NCBI GenBank assembly: GCA_045106415.1
Contig: JBGCEP010000006.1
Coordinates: forward strand, 1 to 64,000
DNA length: 64,000 nucleotides
Source: Oligoflexales bacterium
Lineage (GTDB): Bacteria > Bdellovibrionota_B > Oligoflexia > Oligoflexales > Bog-1112
Direction: 5' to 3'
Shown: positions 28,311 through 37,765 of the stretch, piece after piece
How the letters are laid out: each line of letters starts with the position of its first letter
Position numbering within the stretch: position 1 is the stretch's first letter
Translations under genes and position numbers: made by a program
Notes under the pieces: generated by a model
Told to the model about the DNA's origin: nothing
The model's input: the letters and a program-made list of their open reading frames with translations, nothing else
Databases searched by the model: none

Positions 28311-29687
28311 CTATAAAGAAATGATGTTTGCGATCATTTTTTTTCGATATGAAAAGATTTTATCAAGCTCTTTACGAACTATAGGGTGTGGTATTTGACC
28401 AAAAGGGAAGAAGGGAAGGGAGTATTCTATTCTGTCTTCAATGAGGATACCGTCACCCATTGGTGTGAAAATGTGATTATGAAACCAGGTTTTATATGGT
28501 CCTTTTGTTTGTTCATCAACAAAACGTGATTTAGGCTCCCATGTAGAAATATGAGACTTCCATTGAAATGGAATCCCGTGCAATTTGAGAGCGTAGGTGA
28601 ATCGAGTGTCTTGTTCAATATCTTTTGTAGAGCATTCGGTGATTTTAAAGCTTAACTCTTTTGGTGTTATTTTTTCTAGATTTTGAGCTGAAGACATAAA
28701 ACTCCAAACCTTATCAAGAGATGCAGGAACCCATTGTTTGACTTTTAAATAATGAGCACTAGGGTGAAACCTCTCGCTTAAGAGACTCTCTAGAGCATAT
28801 TGAAAACTGGGGAGTCGAAATCGGAACTTTTCATCGTGTAGCTTTTTAGGGATGACTTTAGATCCTTCTAGCACAAGAATTGCTCGTTTACCCATGGTTG
28901 TGTAAAGCGCCAACTGTGGTGTTTTGAGCCAAGAAGGACTTGCGGTGTGCTCACAAAGAGCATGGTGGAATTCAGTGTTTGTGATGTTGTCTGGTGCGAC
29001 TGCGTTATAAGGGCCAACCATGTTTGAATTTTCAAGAGCTGTTGTGAATATGTTGCAAAGGTCCTGAATGTGAATCCAGTTCATCCATTGCTCACCATGT
29101 CCAAGTTGTGCTCCAACTCCAGAACTATAAATATCCCACAGCTGAGGGAAAGCGCCTCCCTCCCACCCAAGGACCAAGCCAATGCGAATGGTTACAAGTC
29201 GAGATATAGAGCTGAGCTCTTCTGTCGCTTTTTCCCAAGCGATGCATGTTTCCGCTAAAAACCCTTCTCCGCAATCAGAATTTTCAGATTTTTCTTCAGT
29301 GGGTTGTCGTCCTTGGTAGAAACCAACGGCAGAAGCTTGAACAATGACTTCAGGTTTTGTCTTTTGCTTCTTGAGAGCCATTTTAATAGCTGTTACAGAG
29401 TCTAGGCGAGAGCTAAGAATGGATTGTTTGTAGGATGAGCTCCAGCGTCGATCAAAAATGGGTTGCCCAACAAGATTAACGATTCCATGAACTCCTTGAA
29501 TAGCATCTTCCGGAATGTGTGTTCCGTCCCACTGAAAAAGCTCGCATGGAAATGAAAGCTGATTTTGATAACGTTGAGTAGAACGTGTGAGGATTCGAAT
29601 AGTGTGTTTTTGTATGACGAGTTGTTCGCATACGGCTTGTCCAACAAAACCTGTTCCACCCATGACAAGAAAAATTTTATTTTTCAT
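28311..29687 (-). CDS. TIGR01777-type NAD-dependent epimerase fused to a C-terminal SRPBCC domain
   Basis: GGTGFVG, ASAVGFY, RIGLVLG, WIHIQD; C-terminal NLEKITP...FVDEQTKGPYKTWFHNH. Confidence 0.9.
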   Translation of the reverse strand: MKNKIFLVMGGTGFVGQAVCEQLVIQKHTIRILTRSTQRYQNQLSFPCELFQWDGTHIPEDAIQGVHGIVNLVGQPIFDRRWSSSYKQSILSSRLDSVTAIKMALKKQKTKPEVIVQASAVGFYQGRQPTEEKSENSDCGEGFLAETCIAWEKATEELSSISRLVTIRIGLVLGWEGGAFPQLWDIYSSGVGAQLGHGEQWMNWIHIQDLCNIFTTALENSNMVGPYNAVAPDNITNTEFHHALCEHTASPSWLKTPQLALYTTMGKRAILVLEGSKVIPKKLHDEKFRFRLPSFQYALESLLSERFHPSAHYLKVKQWVPASLDKVWSFMSSAQNLEKITPKELSFKITECSTKDIEQDTRFTYALKLHGIPFQWKSHISTWEPKSRFVDEQTKGPYKTWFHNHIFTPMGDGILIEDRIEYSLPFFPFGQIPHPIVRKELDKIFSYRKKMIANIISL

Positions 29688-29824
29688 AATAAGGCTTTCT
29701 ATAAATTTTGAAAATATTCGAGTTTTATTTCCAAACTGTTTAACTTAATGAAGGCTGTATTAAAAGACTGTGTCTTTAGTGATTATAAGAAAATTGTTGC
29801 TCAGTGTCATGGTTTTGAATTTTT

Positions 29825-29852
29825 TAAAGTTTTTATTATCAACATCCGATAA
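29825..29852 (+). promoter_or_regulatory. Putative sigma28-type promoter (best match in the window)
   Basis: TAAAGTTT-N12-TCCGATAA, 29 nt upstream of the GH5 ATG. Confidence 0.7.
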
Positions 29853-29881
29853 GAGTTTGCTACTGTATAAAGGTTTTAAAG

Positions 29882-31114
29882 ATGCGTTGTTTAAAAATGT
29901 CTATTATCTTGTTTTCTTTGATTTCTTGCCAAAAATCAACACAACATAAAGGTCATCTTCCTGCTGGTTCCTCAGATCACGAGGTTGTTTACTGCTCCAG
30001 CCGTGCTGGTAACCAACAAAGTCAATTTTGTCCGGATGTTGAGAATTCTCAGGCCCAAGACCAAATTGTTGAAAAATTTGGTAGTAAAGACCAACAAGGA
30101 AATAAAAATTCAGGCAGATCTCAAAGGGAAAGCACTCAAAATCAAGATGAAAGAGTTATAAAAAATGATAACTTAAGCAGTGCTTCACAGAACGTGGGCA
30201 ATAGACTTTTTGTATGCGGGACTAAAATATGTAATGCACAAAATGAACCAGTGCAACTTAGGGGGATGAGCACGCACGGTATTCAGTGGTTTTCTCAATG
30301 TGTTACGAAAGACTCTATTGCAGTGATTGCCAATGACTGGGGTGCCAATGTCTTTCGGATTGCTATGTACATTCAAGAAGAAGGTTATGAGACAGATCCT
30401 GAAAAATTTTATCTTCAGGTTGAAGAGTATGTTGAATACGCTACAGATTTAGGTTTATACGTGATCATCGATTGGCACATATTGACTCCTGGTGACCCTA
30501 ATTTTAATACAGAACTTGCAAAAGATTTTTTTGATAGAGTTTCGAAGAAATATAAAGACTACGATAATATTCTTTATGAAATTGCCAATGAACCTAATGG
30601 TGATGATGTAACTTGGGGTCGAATTAAAAACTATGCTGACCAAATAATTCCTGTGATTCGAGCTAATGATAGTGAGGCAATTATTATTGTCGGCACCCCT
30701 GGTTGGTCGTCTTTAGGTGTTTCTGGTGGTGGTGGTACTGAAACTTATATGGAAATTGTTAATAATAAAATAAATGATGATCAAGTGATGTATACGTTTC
30801 ATTTTTATGCGGCATCTCACGGAGATTTGTACCGAGAAGTTTTAGATAAAGCAAAAAACGTGCTGCCCTTATTCGTTACAGAGTTTGGGACAACTCCAGC
30901 GAGTGGAGAAGGAGCCCCTGATCTAGAAAGTACGGAAAAATGGCTGGACCTGTTGGATCAGAGTCAAATAAGCTGGTTGAACTGGACGTATTCAGATCAC
31001 GAAGAAGAATCCGCGGCCTTTATACCAGGGACATGTCAGCAAAAGAGCTGGGCTGACAAGAATCAGCTGAAACCATCAGGCAAGAAAATTGTGGATCGTC
31101 TACTGAACCAGTAG
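29882..31114 (+). CDS. Glycoside hydrolase family 5 endoglucanase-like lipoprotein
   Basis: Lipobox LIS-C; LRGMSTHGIQW, IIDWH, IANEP (acid/base), HFYAASH, FVTEFG (nucleophile). Confidence 0.93.
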   Translation: MRCLKMSIILFSLISCQKSTQHKGHLPAGSSDHEVVYCSSRAGNQQSQFCPDVENSQAQDQIVEKFGSKDQQGNKNSGRSQRESTQNQDERVIKNDNLSSASQNVGNRLFVCGTKICNAQNEPVQLRGMSTHGIQWFSQCVTKDSIAVIANDWGANVFRIAMYIQEEGYETDPEKFYLQVEEYVEYATDLGLYVIIDWHILTPGDPNFNTELAKDFFDRVSKKYKDYDNILYEIANEPNGDDVTWGRIKNYADQIIPVIRANDSEAIIIVGTPGWSSLGVSGGGGTETYMEIVNNKINDDQVMYTFHFYAASHGDLYREVLDKAKNVLPLFVTEFGTTPASGEGAPDLESTEKWLDLLDQSQISWLNWTYSDHEEESAAFIPGTCQQKSWADKNQLKPSGKKIVDRLLNQ

Positions 31115-31127
31115 TTATGTTTTTATA

Positions 31128-31175
31128 AAAAAACTACTGTTGGCACTTTCTTCACGAGGACAACAGTAGTTTTTT
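31128..31175. terminator. Probable bidirectional terminator between convergent genes
   Basis: AAAAAACTACTGTTG ... CAACAGTAGTTTTTT inverted repeat. Confidence 0.7.
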
Positions 31176-31186
31176 AGGATTAAGCT

Positions 31187-32596
31187 TTATTTTTCCAGAT
31201 TTAAAATCGCTTTTTGAATTGCAGAAGCAGCCCATTCGACTTGATCTTCATTGATCGTGAGTGCAGGGGTGAGCATAAGCTTGCCTTTACGACCCATGGT
31301 TATGACTTGGTGGCGATCAGCAAGCTCTGATTTTAGTTTAGCGAATTTATCGTTTGACCAGAGCTCTCCAGAAGGTTCACGGAGTTCGATGACCATAAGT
31401 AAACCTTTATGTCTGATGACAGCATTAGTAGCTGTGTCTTCAAGATAGGTTTCAATTTTTTCTTTCAGAAGATCACCCATAAGGTTGGCGTTTGCGTATA
31501 GGAGATCTCCTTTTTTTTCGAAGGCTTCAAGAACAGCAATTGCTGCCGCACTATCACTGAGAGGAGCGAAAAAAGTCAGGCCAAAGTCCATAGCTTCGTC
31601 ATCATAGATGTCTGCAAAATCAGGGCTAATGATAACATAACCAAGAGAGCCTTCTCCGTTTGTAATAGCCTTTGCTCCTAGAACAATGGAAGGTTTTAGG
31701 CCTGAGTGAGAAATGCCAAAACGGTCGCCTGTTCGTCCAAATCCTGTATAAGTTTCGTCGTCCACGATTGGGATGTCGTGTTTTTTGGCATATTCGAAGA
31801 GTTCGGTGAGGTATTTTTTAGAAAGATGATAACCACCTGATGTTGCAGTGTAGCCTCCGCCTTCAAGGTGAATCGCGGTGAATTTTTCAGGGCCGATAGA
31901 CTCAATCTTCTCAATCATAGGGTGCGAAGATGTTTCAACACCTCCTGCTTGTGGATGATCGATATGGATGACAGAATTTGAGCAGTGAGATGAAAAAGCT
32001 GACCTGCGATCAGCTTCTCCTGTGATGCGAGCTGGTAGCATACTTGATGCTCCAGAGTAGCCTTGTGAAATAGCTGCTATTAAATTCCCGCGAGAAGGGT
32101 CTTTTTTCTGTATAGCTCTTCTGACGATGCTATATGCTGCTTCTACTGCGTTGTTGCCGCCAAGGGTGAAAAAACAACGTCCTGTATTTTCGATAGGTGA
32201 ATAGCATAGAAGGCGTGAATTTAACTCATGACGAAGAGGGTGATCTACATCTGATTGAAGATGGAGCAGGCCGCTGGACCTTTGCGTATTGACAGCGTTC
32301 TCAACCCCAGAATATCTTCTTCCCAAATTGATCGATCCATAGCCAGCAGTCATATCAAGATGATTAACGCCGGTATTTGACATTAAAGTGAGACCTTCTC
32401 CTTGGATAAAGTGAGTTCGGGTGAGGTATCGGGATTCAATAGGGAATTGTTTGGCCCACGGTACGAGAGGTCCAGCTGTTTTCGTAATTAAAGATGCCAT
32501 TTTTGATACCAGTGACTTAGGTGTGGCTGATAATGATGCGGGAAAAAACTCTATGAGAGCGAAAAAAAAGAAAATTTTATAAAAACATTGTCTCAT
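31187..32596 (-). CDS. Class III PLP-dependent aminotransferase
   Basis: LDMTAGYGSINLG, DDETYTGFGRTG, GAKAITNG (PLP Lys), LTPALTI; GGAG SD before ATG 32596. Confidence 0.88.
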   Translation of the reverse strand: MRQCFYKIFFFFALIEFFPASLSATPKSLVSKMASLITKTAGPLVPWAKQFPIESRYLTRTHFIQGEGLTLMSNTGVNHLDMTAGYGSINLGRRYSGVENAVNTQRSSGLLHLQSDVDHPLRHELNSRLLCYSPIENTGRCFFTLGGNNAVEAAYSIVRRAIQKKDPSRGNLIAAISQGYSGASSMLPARITGEADRRSAFSSHCSNSVIHIDHPQAGGVETSSHPMIEKIESIGPEKFTAIHLEGGGYTATSGGYHLSKKYLTELFEYAKKHDIPIVDDETYTGFGRTGDRFGISHSGLKPSIVLGAKAITNGEGSLGYVIISPDFADIYDDEAMDFGLTFFAPLSDSAAAIAVLEAFEKKGDLLYANANLMGDLLKEKIETYLEDTATNAVIRHKGLLMVIELREPSGELWSNDKFAKLKSELADRHQVITMGRKGKLMLTPALTINEDQVEWAASAIQKAILNLEK

Positions 32597-32881
32597 GGAA
32601 GTCTCCAGTGAAGTGATGCACAGATGCGCAATTCTGCCATGAAAAATGAAAATAACAATGAAAAAATGAAAAGTGACTGTGTTTGTCAAGAGCTTTTTAC
32701 TTTTATGAGGCGTGATTTTGATATTTGATCGAGTTTAACTTATGGGGCTGCAGCTGCTGACTTAAAACCTATTCATTGACATTCTTCATAGATCTTACTT
32801 CAACTTTTTTTGTTGATTGTCTCATTTAACGCAATGTATAGCCTTCTGAAAACAATGATTGAGGTTGTTTTAATATTTGTT

Positions 32882-33311
32882 TTTATTGGAAAAGCAACCA
32901 TAATGCTCTAGTTAGGGGTTTTTGTCTCAACTATGAGAAGGTGGAATCGATGCGTTATATTGATTCTCAGTTATCAGGCAGCCGCCAACGTTATACATGA
33001 GAAAACTTCAATCTTTTATGGGATATTCAACGACTCAAGAAAACAGAGTTCGAGTCGGATATGCGAGAGTACCTTGTTGGGGCCAGAAAATGGATCTTGA
33101 GCTTCAATCTGAATGCTTAAAGGCTCATTTGAAGTCTTCTTTAGCCTCAGAATTTGAAGTCATTTGTGCTTTAGAATCCGGCGTGAGCTTTAAAAAGAAA
33201 GGTCTTAATAAGCTTATCAATTGGATTTTGAGTGAGAAGGTTGAACCTACGATGATCACCGATAAGGATCGTTTGTTAAAATGTGGAAGTGAGTTCTTGT
33301 TTAAGATTTGA
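32882..33311 (+). pseudogene. tnpA: IS607-family TnpA (serine recombinase) N-terminal remnant
   Basis: Broken HTH FIGKATIML*LGVFVSTMRRW...GSRQRY, then GYARV...DLELQ...SGVSFKKKGLNKLI...DKDRL and a premature stop. Confidence 0.8.
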
Positions 33312-33442
33312 GTTGGTTTAAAAAGTAAGACGTTGAGTGAAAGGTTCTGAATCATTTTGAGATATTCAAGCAGTATCAAGATTGTATTTTTAAATCAGAT
33401 CTTTTTAGAAAGAAATCTCTAAATCATTTTCATTTTCATTTT

Positions 33443-34111
33443 TCAATTCAATTCAATTTTTGGAAGGCACTCAATATTGATTCGAGTGCTTGGTAGATGC
33501 ATATAAATGATTTCATCGCCAGATATTAACCCATCCATGATAAAGCAAATTTCTGATTCTTTTTCATGTTGAAAACTCATTTGTAGATGAATAACCTCAA
33601 CGGGATTTGTACATATATCAAGGATGAGATTTTCTTGACAGTTTCCTTCGAGTGAGCACTCAAAGGTCTCATCAAGGCACCCATGAACATGATCTTGGTG
33701 GATGCTTTTTGCGAATGAACTTTTATTTCTTTTTCCTACGAAGCTTTCAAATATTTTGTTTTTTTCCAAATAAGATTTAATCAGAAGAGGGAGCTGTTCT
33801 TCTGGGTCTGAGTCAGAGTCATTGACGTGAGAGATAAAAACACCGCTTTCGGTATTGACCTCTATGTCTTCTTGGTCTGATATTTCATCGCCAGCAGCAA
33901 GTAAAAAATCTTGGTTGACTTGAAAATCACCAGCTGATGCAAAGTTTTGTTGAGAAACTGTAGCGTCGAAGCTTTGATCTTTGCTGATGTCTTCATCGAG
34001 TTGAGAGATTTCAATTGTCTTGTCAATAGGAACCTCAGGGTTATTTGGGCGCCTTTGGTTTTGACCACACGCTAGAAAAAATAGTGAAAAAAATGGGACA
34101 TAGAACTTCAC
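33443..34111 (-). CDS. Hypothetical acidic lipoprotein
   Basis: Lipobox FLA-C; GAGGAGG SD; several Cys in the C-terminal part. Confidence 0.7.
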   Translation of the reverse strand: MKFYVPFFSLFFLACGQNQRRPNNPEVPIDKTIEISQLDEDISKDQSFDATVSQQNFASAGDFQVNQDFLLAAGDEISDQEDIEVNTESGVFISHVNDSDSDPEEQLPLLIKSYLEKNKIFESFVGKRNKSSFAKSIHQDHVHGCLDETFECSLEGNCQENLILDICTNPVEVIHLQMSFQHEKESEICFIMDGLISGDEIIYMHLPSTRINIECLPKIELN

Positions 34112-34245
34112 GAAGGCCCTCCTCTAGTCATGGCTTCGAAACCCACCTGATAAAGCTATCGACTTTTATGGGCAAAAGAAAAAACTAGAGAGGTCTTTTC
34201 TTTTTTATCTTGTTTTTTTGAATAGTTATGCAGCAACTGAAAACT

Positions 34246-36114
34246 TTAGCTCTCAGAAGGGGGATAGTCGCAGGCTTTTTTGTCTGTGTGAACACGGACG
34301 AGATAAGGGTTTGACCAGTTCGTAGCACGGGGGACGAAGCGACAATCGAAAAGAAAGGTTTTTTGGTTCCGGCTATAAACCTTAAGGTGATGAGGCTGTC
34401 CAAAAGACACATGATCCATGGCTAAGGGAGGCACTCCTGCAGACATCCCGTTATCGAGCTCAACCCAAACGTTGGCTTTTCCTCTTGCTATGACTTTCAC
34501 TGGGGCTGTTTTTGTTTGCAGAGGTGTAAGGGTTAAGTTTTTACGTAAAGTACCCTCGTCGGGAGTTTGAAGAGTCATTGTTTCAGGTAAAAATCCTTCT
34601 CGACGAATTGTGAGGTTATAACGCTCATTCCCTTCAAGTGGAATGGACCGCCCATCGCTTGTGTCAAGGTAGCGCCCTCCAAACAGGGCTTTTCCGTCAA
34701 TACGAACCTGAACTCTGGATGGCTTTGTTCTTAAAATAAGAGTTGATCCTGTATTGTTATAAAATTTAGCAGGGACGTTTAAGAAAAGAGCGACAGCAGC
34801 GGCGGCGGCAATCATGAATAGCAAAGTGGGTAGGGAGCTCGACTGTCTTTGGTTTCTGTGTTGAGGATAATGAGGGTGTTTTTGATGTTGAACAACCTTA
34901 GGGCGAGGGTTTTGATGTCCATGTATTGATTTTTGTTGTGTGTTTCTTGAGTGTGGTTGCTGTTGGTGTTGGGATGGTGTTGAAAGTAATGAAAAGTCAA
35001 CAGGTTGACCTTGAAGAGGCAGCTGTCCGGATTTTGGTGTGTGCTGTGCGTGCGGTGATTGCACGGAGTGTTGAGATGCTGTTGCCATTGTTGGGGTGTA
35101 ACGTTGAGTTTGATCTTGTTGTCCAGATCCTAATCCTGGATCCCCTGTTGCTGGATCGAGGGCTTGCCTAATGTCTGTTTTTGCTGCGTCTATTTTTTGT
35201 TTCATGAGATCGTGCAAAAAAGACCTTAGGTCGTCAGGAGTGAAGTTAGCGTGATGTTTAGCTAGATAGCGAGTGAGTGTGTTTGCAAACTCACTCGCGC
35301 TGCGATAACGGTCAGCCATATGTTGTTGAAGACCTTTACGGACTATCATCTCAAGTTCTGGGTCAATATCAGGATTTAGTGCTGAGAGGCTGTCTGGAAT
35401 GGTACAGTTTTTGACGAGTTGAATGGTGGCAACTTCACTTTCTCCGTGAAAAAGCCGCTTCATAGATAAGGTTTCCCATAAAACAACGGCGAGAGCAAAG
35501 ATATCTGAGCGAGCATCAAGAGGTCGAGCTGAAATTTGCTCCGGGCTCATATAACTATATTTTCCTTTGACGATTCCTGGTTTTGTTTCAGTGAGTTTTG
35601 AGCTTGCAGCTGCAATCCCAAAGTCAGTGATTTTTGCTTCACCCTCATAGGAAATTAAAATGTTTTGTGGTGAGATATCTCGGTGAATAATCCCTAAAGG
35701 GTGACCGCTTAAGTCATCCACTTTTGTATGAGCGTAATGAAGACCTCGAGCTGCTTCAGCAATAAGATAGGCTGCCATTGCTGTGCTCAGTCTTCGGCCT
35801 TTTCTTTCGCATTCAGATAAAATAGAACGTAAGTCTGAACCGTTGATAAACTCCATTATGATGCCATAAGATCCCTCAACTTGTTCGAAGCTTTCAATGC
35901 CAACGATGTTGACATGATTGAGGCGTTTTCCAATATGCGCTTCGTCTCTGAACATTTCAACGAACTCAGCGTCCTCACTATAATGAGGGAGAATTCTTTT
36001 TACACAGCACAGCCTTCTAAATCCGTCTTGACCGACTTGGATGGCAAGAAATATCTCAGCCATACCCCCTCGAGCAATACGTTTGTGCAATATGTATCGT
36101 GACGCTGCCCCCAA
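34246..36114 (-). CDS. Membrane-anchored Hanks-type Ser/Thr protein kinase with PEGA-like extracytoplasmic domains
   Basis: IARGGMAEIF, HRDISPQN, DFG, GKYSYMSPEQ; Gln/His-rich linker, one TM helix, PEGA-like repeats. Probable TTG start at 36114 after AAGGAG. Confidence 0.92.
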   Translation of the reverse strand: MGAASRYILHKRIARGGMAEIFLAIQVGQDGFRRLCCVKRILPHYSEDAEFVEMFRDEAHIGKRLNHVNIVGIESFEQVEGSYGIIMEFINGSDLRSILSECERKGRRLSTAMAAYLIAEAARGLHYAHTKVDDLSGHPLGIIHRDISPQNILISYEGEAKITDFGIAAASSKLTETKPGIVKGKYSYMSPEQISARPLDARSDIFALAVVLWETLSMKRLFHGESEVATIQLVKNCTIPDSLSALNPDIDPELEMIVRKGLQQHMADRYRSASEFANTLTRYLAKHHANFTPDDLRSFLHDLMKQKIDAAKTDIRQALDPATGDPGLGSGQQDQTQRYTPTMATASQHSVQSPHAQHTPKSGQLPLQGQPVDFSLLSTPSQHQQQPHSRNTQQKSIHGHQNPRPKVVQHQKHPHYPQHRNQRQSSSLPTLLFMIAAAAAVALFLNVPAKFYNNTGSTLILRTKPSRVQVRIDGKALFGGRYLDTSDGRSIPLEGNERYNLTIRREGFLPETMTLQTPDEGTLRKNLTLTPLQTKTAPVKVIARGKANVWVELDNGMSAGVPPLAMDHVSFGQPHHLKVYSRNQKTFLFDCRFVPRATNWSNPYLVRVHTDKKACDYPPSES

Positions 36115-36214
36115 AGGAGGACTCCTTCCAATCAATGATCTTTTAATACTCTTTTCGTTTCGGAATTTTTGCCAGAAGGATGTAGTATCGGATCCTGAGT
36201 TTGACGGGAGAAGA

Positions 36215-36829
36215 ATGTTGGGGCGTTTTATTACAGTTGAAGGCGGAGAAGGGGTTGGTAAATCTCTATTCTGCAAAAAAATAGAAAAACACTTGAATAA
36301 AAAGGGTGTTGAAACCCTCTTGACTAGAGAGCCAGGAGGGGGCCCTTTGGGTGCGGATGTCCGAAAATGGCTGCAAGACCCAAATTTAAACCCTTCCTCA
36401 AAAACCGAGTTGTTGCTCGTGTCGGCTGCAAGAATTGAGCATATTCGTCAATTGATTTTACCATTTGTTGAAAAAAATGGAGTGGTGATCTGTGATCGCT
36501 ATATGGATTCAACTCGAATTTATCAAGGAGTCCTCGGAGGGGTTGACACTGTTTGGGTTGAAAGCGTGATTCAACAAACCATTCAAGGTCTTGAGCCCGA
36601 GGTTACATTCTTGCTTGATTGTCCTGTTGATATCGCCATGAAACGAATGGAATCTCGAGGGTGTGGCAAATCAAGGTTTGATGCTCAAAGTGCAGAACAA
36701 CATGAATGTATCCGGCAAGGGTTTTTGGATTTAGCGCATCAATATAGTTCAAGAATCAAGCTTATTGATGCTTCTCGGAGTCCTGAATACACTTTAGCGC
36801 AAGCTGTTGCTCATTTGGAGGTGTTATGA
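36215..36829 (+). CDS. tmk: Thymidylate kinase
   Basis: FITVEGGEGVGKS, TREPGG, CDRYMDSTRIYQG; GGGAG SD before ATG 36215. Confidence 0.96.
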   Translation: MLGRFITVEGGEGVGKSLFCKKIEKHLNKKGVETLLTREPGGGPLGADVRKWLQDPNLNPSSKTELLLVSAARIEHIRQLILPFVEKNGVVICDRYMDSTRIYQGVLGGVDTVWVESVIQQTIQGLEPEVTFLLDCPVDIAMKRMESRGCGKSRFDAQSAEQHECIRQGFLDLAHQYSSRIKLIDASRSPEYTLAQAVAHLEVL

Positions 36830-37764
36830 AAACGCTCGATTGGCGGTCTTTGTCCGGCTACGGTGATGTATTGCGTCGTTGGCAGAAAATGTTGAACTCA
36901 GGGTTTTGTCCTAGCGTTTTACTTCTTTCAGGCAGAGAAGGGACTGGTAAGTCATTGCTTATGAGAGCCATGATAGCTTTTGCGTTGTGTGAAAAGAAAA
37001 TAGGGTGTGGAAGCTGTGTTGAATGTCAACGAGTCTTGCTCGGTGAGCACAGTGAAATGCTTTGGCTGGACTCAGGTGAAGAGCCGTTGAAAGTTGCTGA
37101 TGCAGAAAAAATGAGAGGACACTTTGCTTATTATTCAAGTCGTCGTCGCAAACGCGCTGTTGGTATTGTTGATATCGACCTTATGACGCATCAAGGAGTT
37201 AATGGCTTATTAAAAACTTTAGAAGAGCCGCCTGAGGATGCTTTGATTGTTATGACGACAAGCCGTTTGATTTCACTACTCCCAACGTTGCGATCAAGAG
37301 CAACAACCTGGCATCTTCACCCCCCTCAATGGGTAGATGTGAGGCATCTGGTTTTAGAAAAAGCTATGAAACATGTGGAAGAAAGAGTTTTAGAAGGTTA
37401 CTTTCATCAAACAGGTTACTCTGTTGGGAGTACTTTAAAGCTTGTTCATCAAGAAGATGACGCCCTGAAAAGGGATGTCGTTGATTTTTTAGAGGCAGAA
37501 ACATTAAAACAGGCGTGGGAAGTTCTTCAACGCTCGAATATAGGGAAGCAACGAACCTTTGATTTGATTCGCAGAATTGAGTATGACATGAATGCTCTTT
37601 ATCGTTCAGAGGGCGATCGGAAACGGGTGCAGACAAGCCTTGTGAAACGTCGTAGACTTTTACAAGATTATAAAAAGCATATGAGTGGTCGACATCATAG
37701 CTTGAATACTCAGCTTTTTGCAGAGGGAGTTGTTTTGTCGCCGCTGCAATATAGAGGGAATTAG
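36826..37764 (+). CDS. holB: DNA polymerase III delta' subunit
   Basis: GREGTGK, zinc motif CGSCVEC, NGLLKTLEEPP, LLPTLRSR; conserved tmk-holB-ricT order. Confidence 0.9.
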   Translation: MKTLDWRSLSGYGDVLRRWQKMLNSGFCPSVLLLSGREGTGKSLLMRAMIAFALCEKKIGCGSCVECQRVLLGEHSEMLWLDSGEEPLKVADAEKMRGHFAYYSSRRRKRAVGIVDIDLMTHQGVNGLLKTLEEPPEDALIVMTTSRLISLLPTLRSRATTWHLHPPQWVDVRHLVLEKAMKHVEERVLEGYFHQTGYSVGSTLKLVHQEDDALKRDVVDFLEAETLKQAWEVLQRSNIGKQRTFDLIRRIEYDMNALYRSEGDRKRVQTSLVKRRRLLQDYKKHMSGRHHSLNTQLFAEGVVLSPLQYRGN

Positions 37765-37765
37765 A

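Noticed and set aside
34840..35130. Gln/His/Pro-rich low-complexity stretch in the kinase
   Set aside because: Ordinary disordered juxtamembrane linker with no exact DNA repeat unit.
36041..36276. Apparent 236-bp head-to-head overlap between the Ser/Thr kinase and tmk ORFs
   Set aside because: SD-supported starts at 36114 (TTG, minus strand) and 36215 (ATG, plus strand) leave a normal 100-bp divergent spacer.
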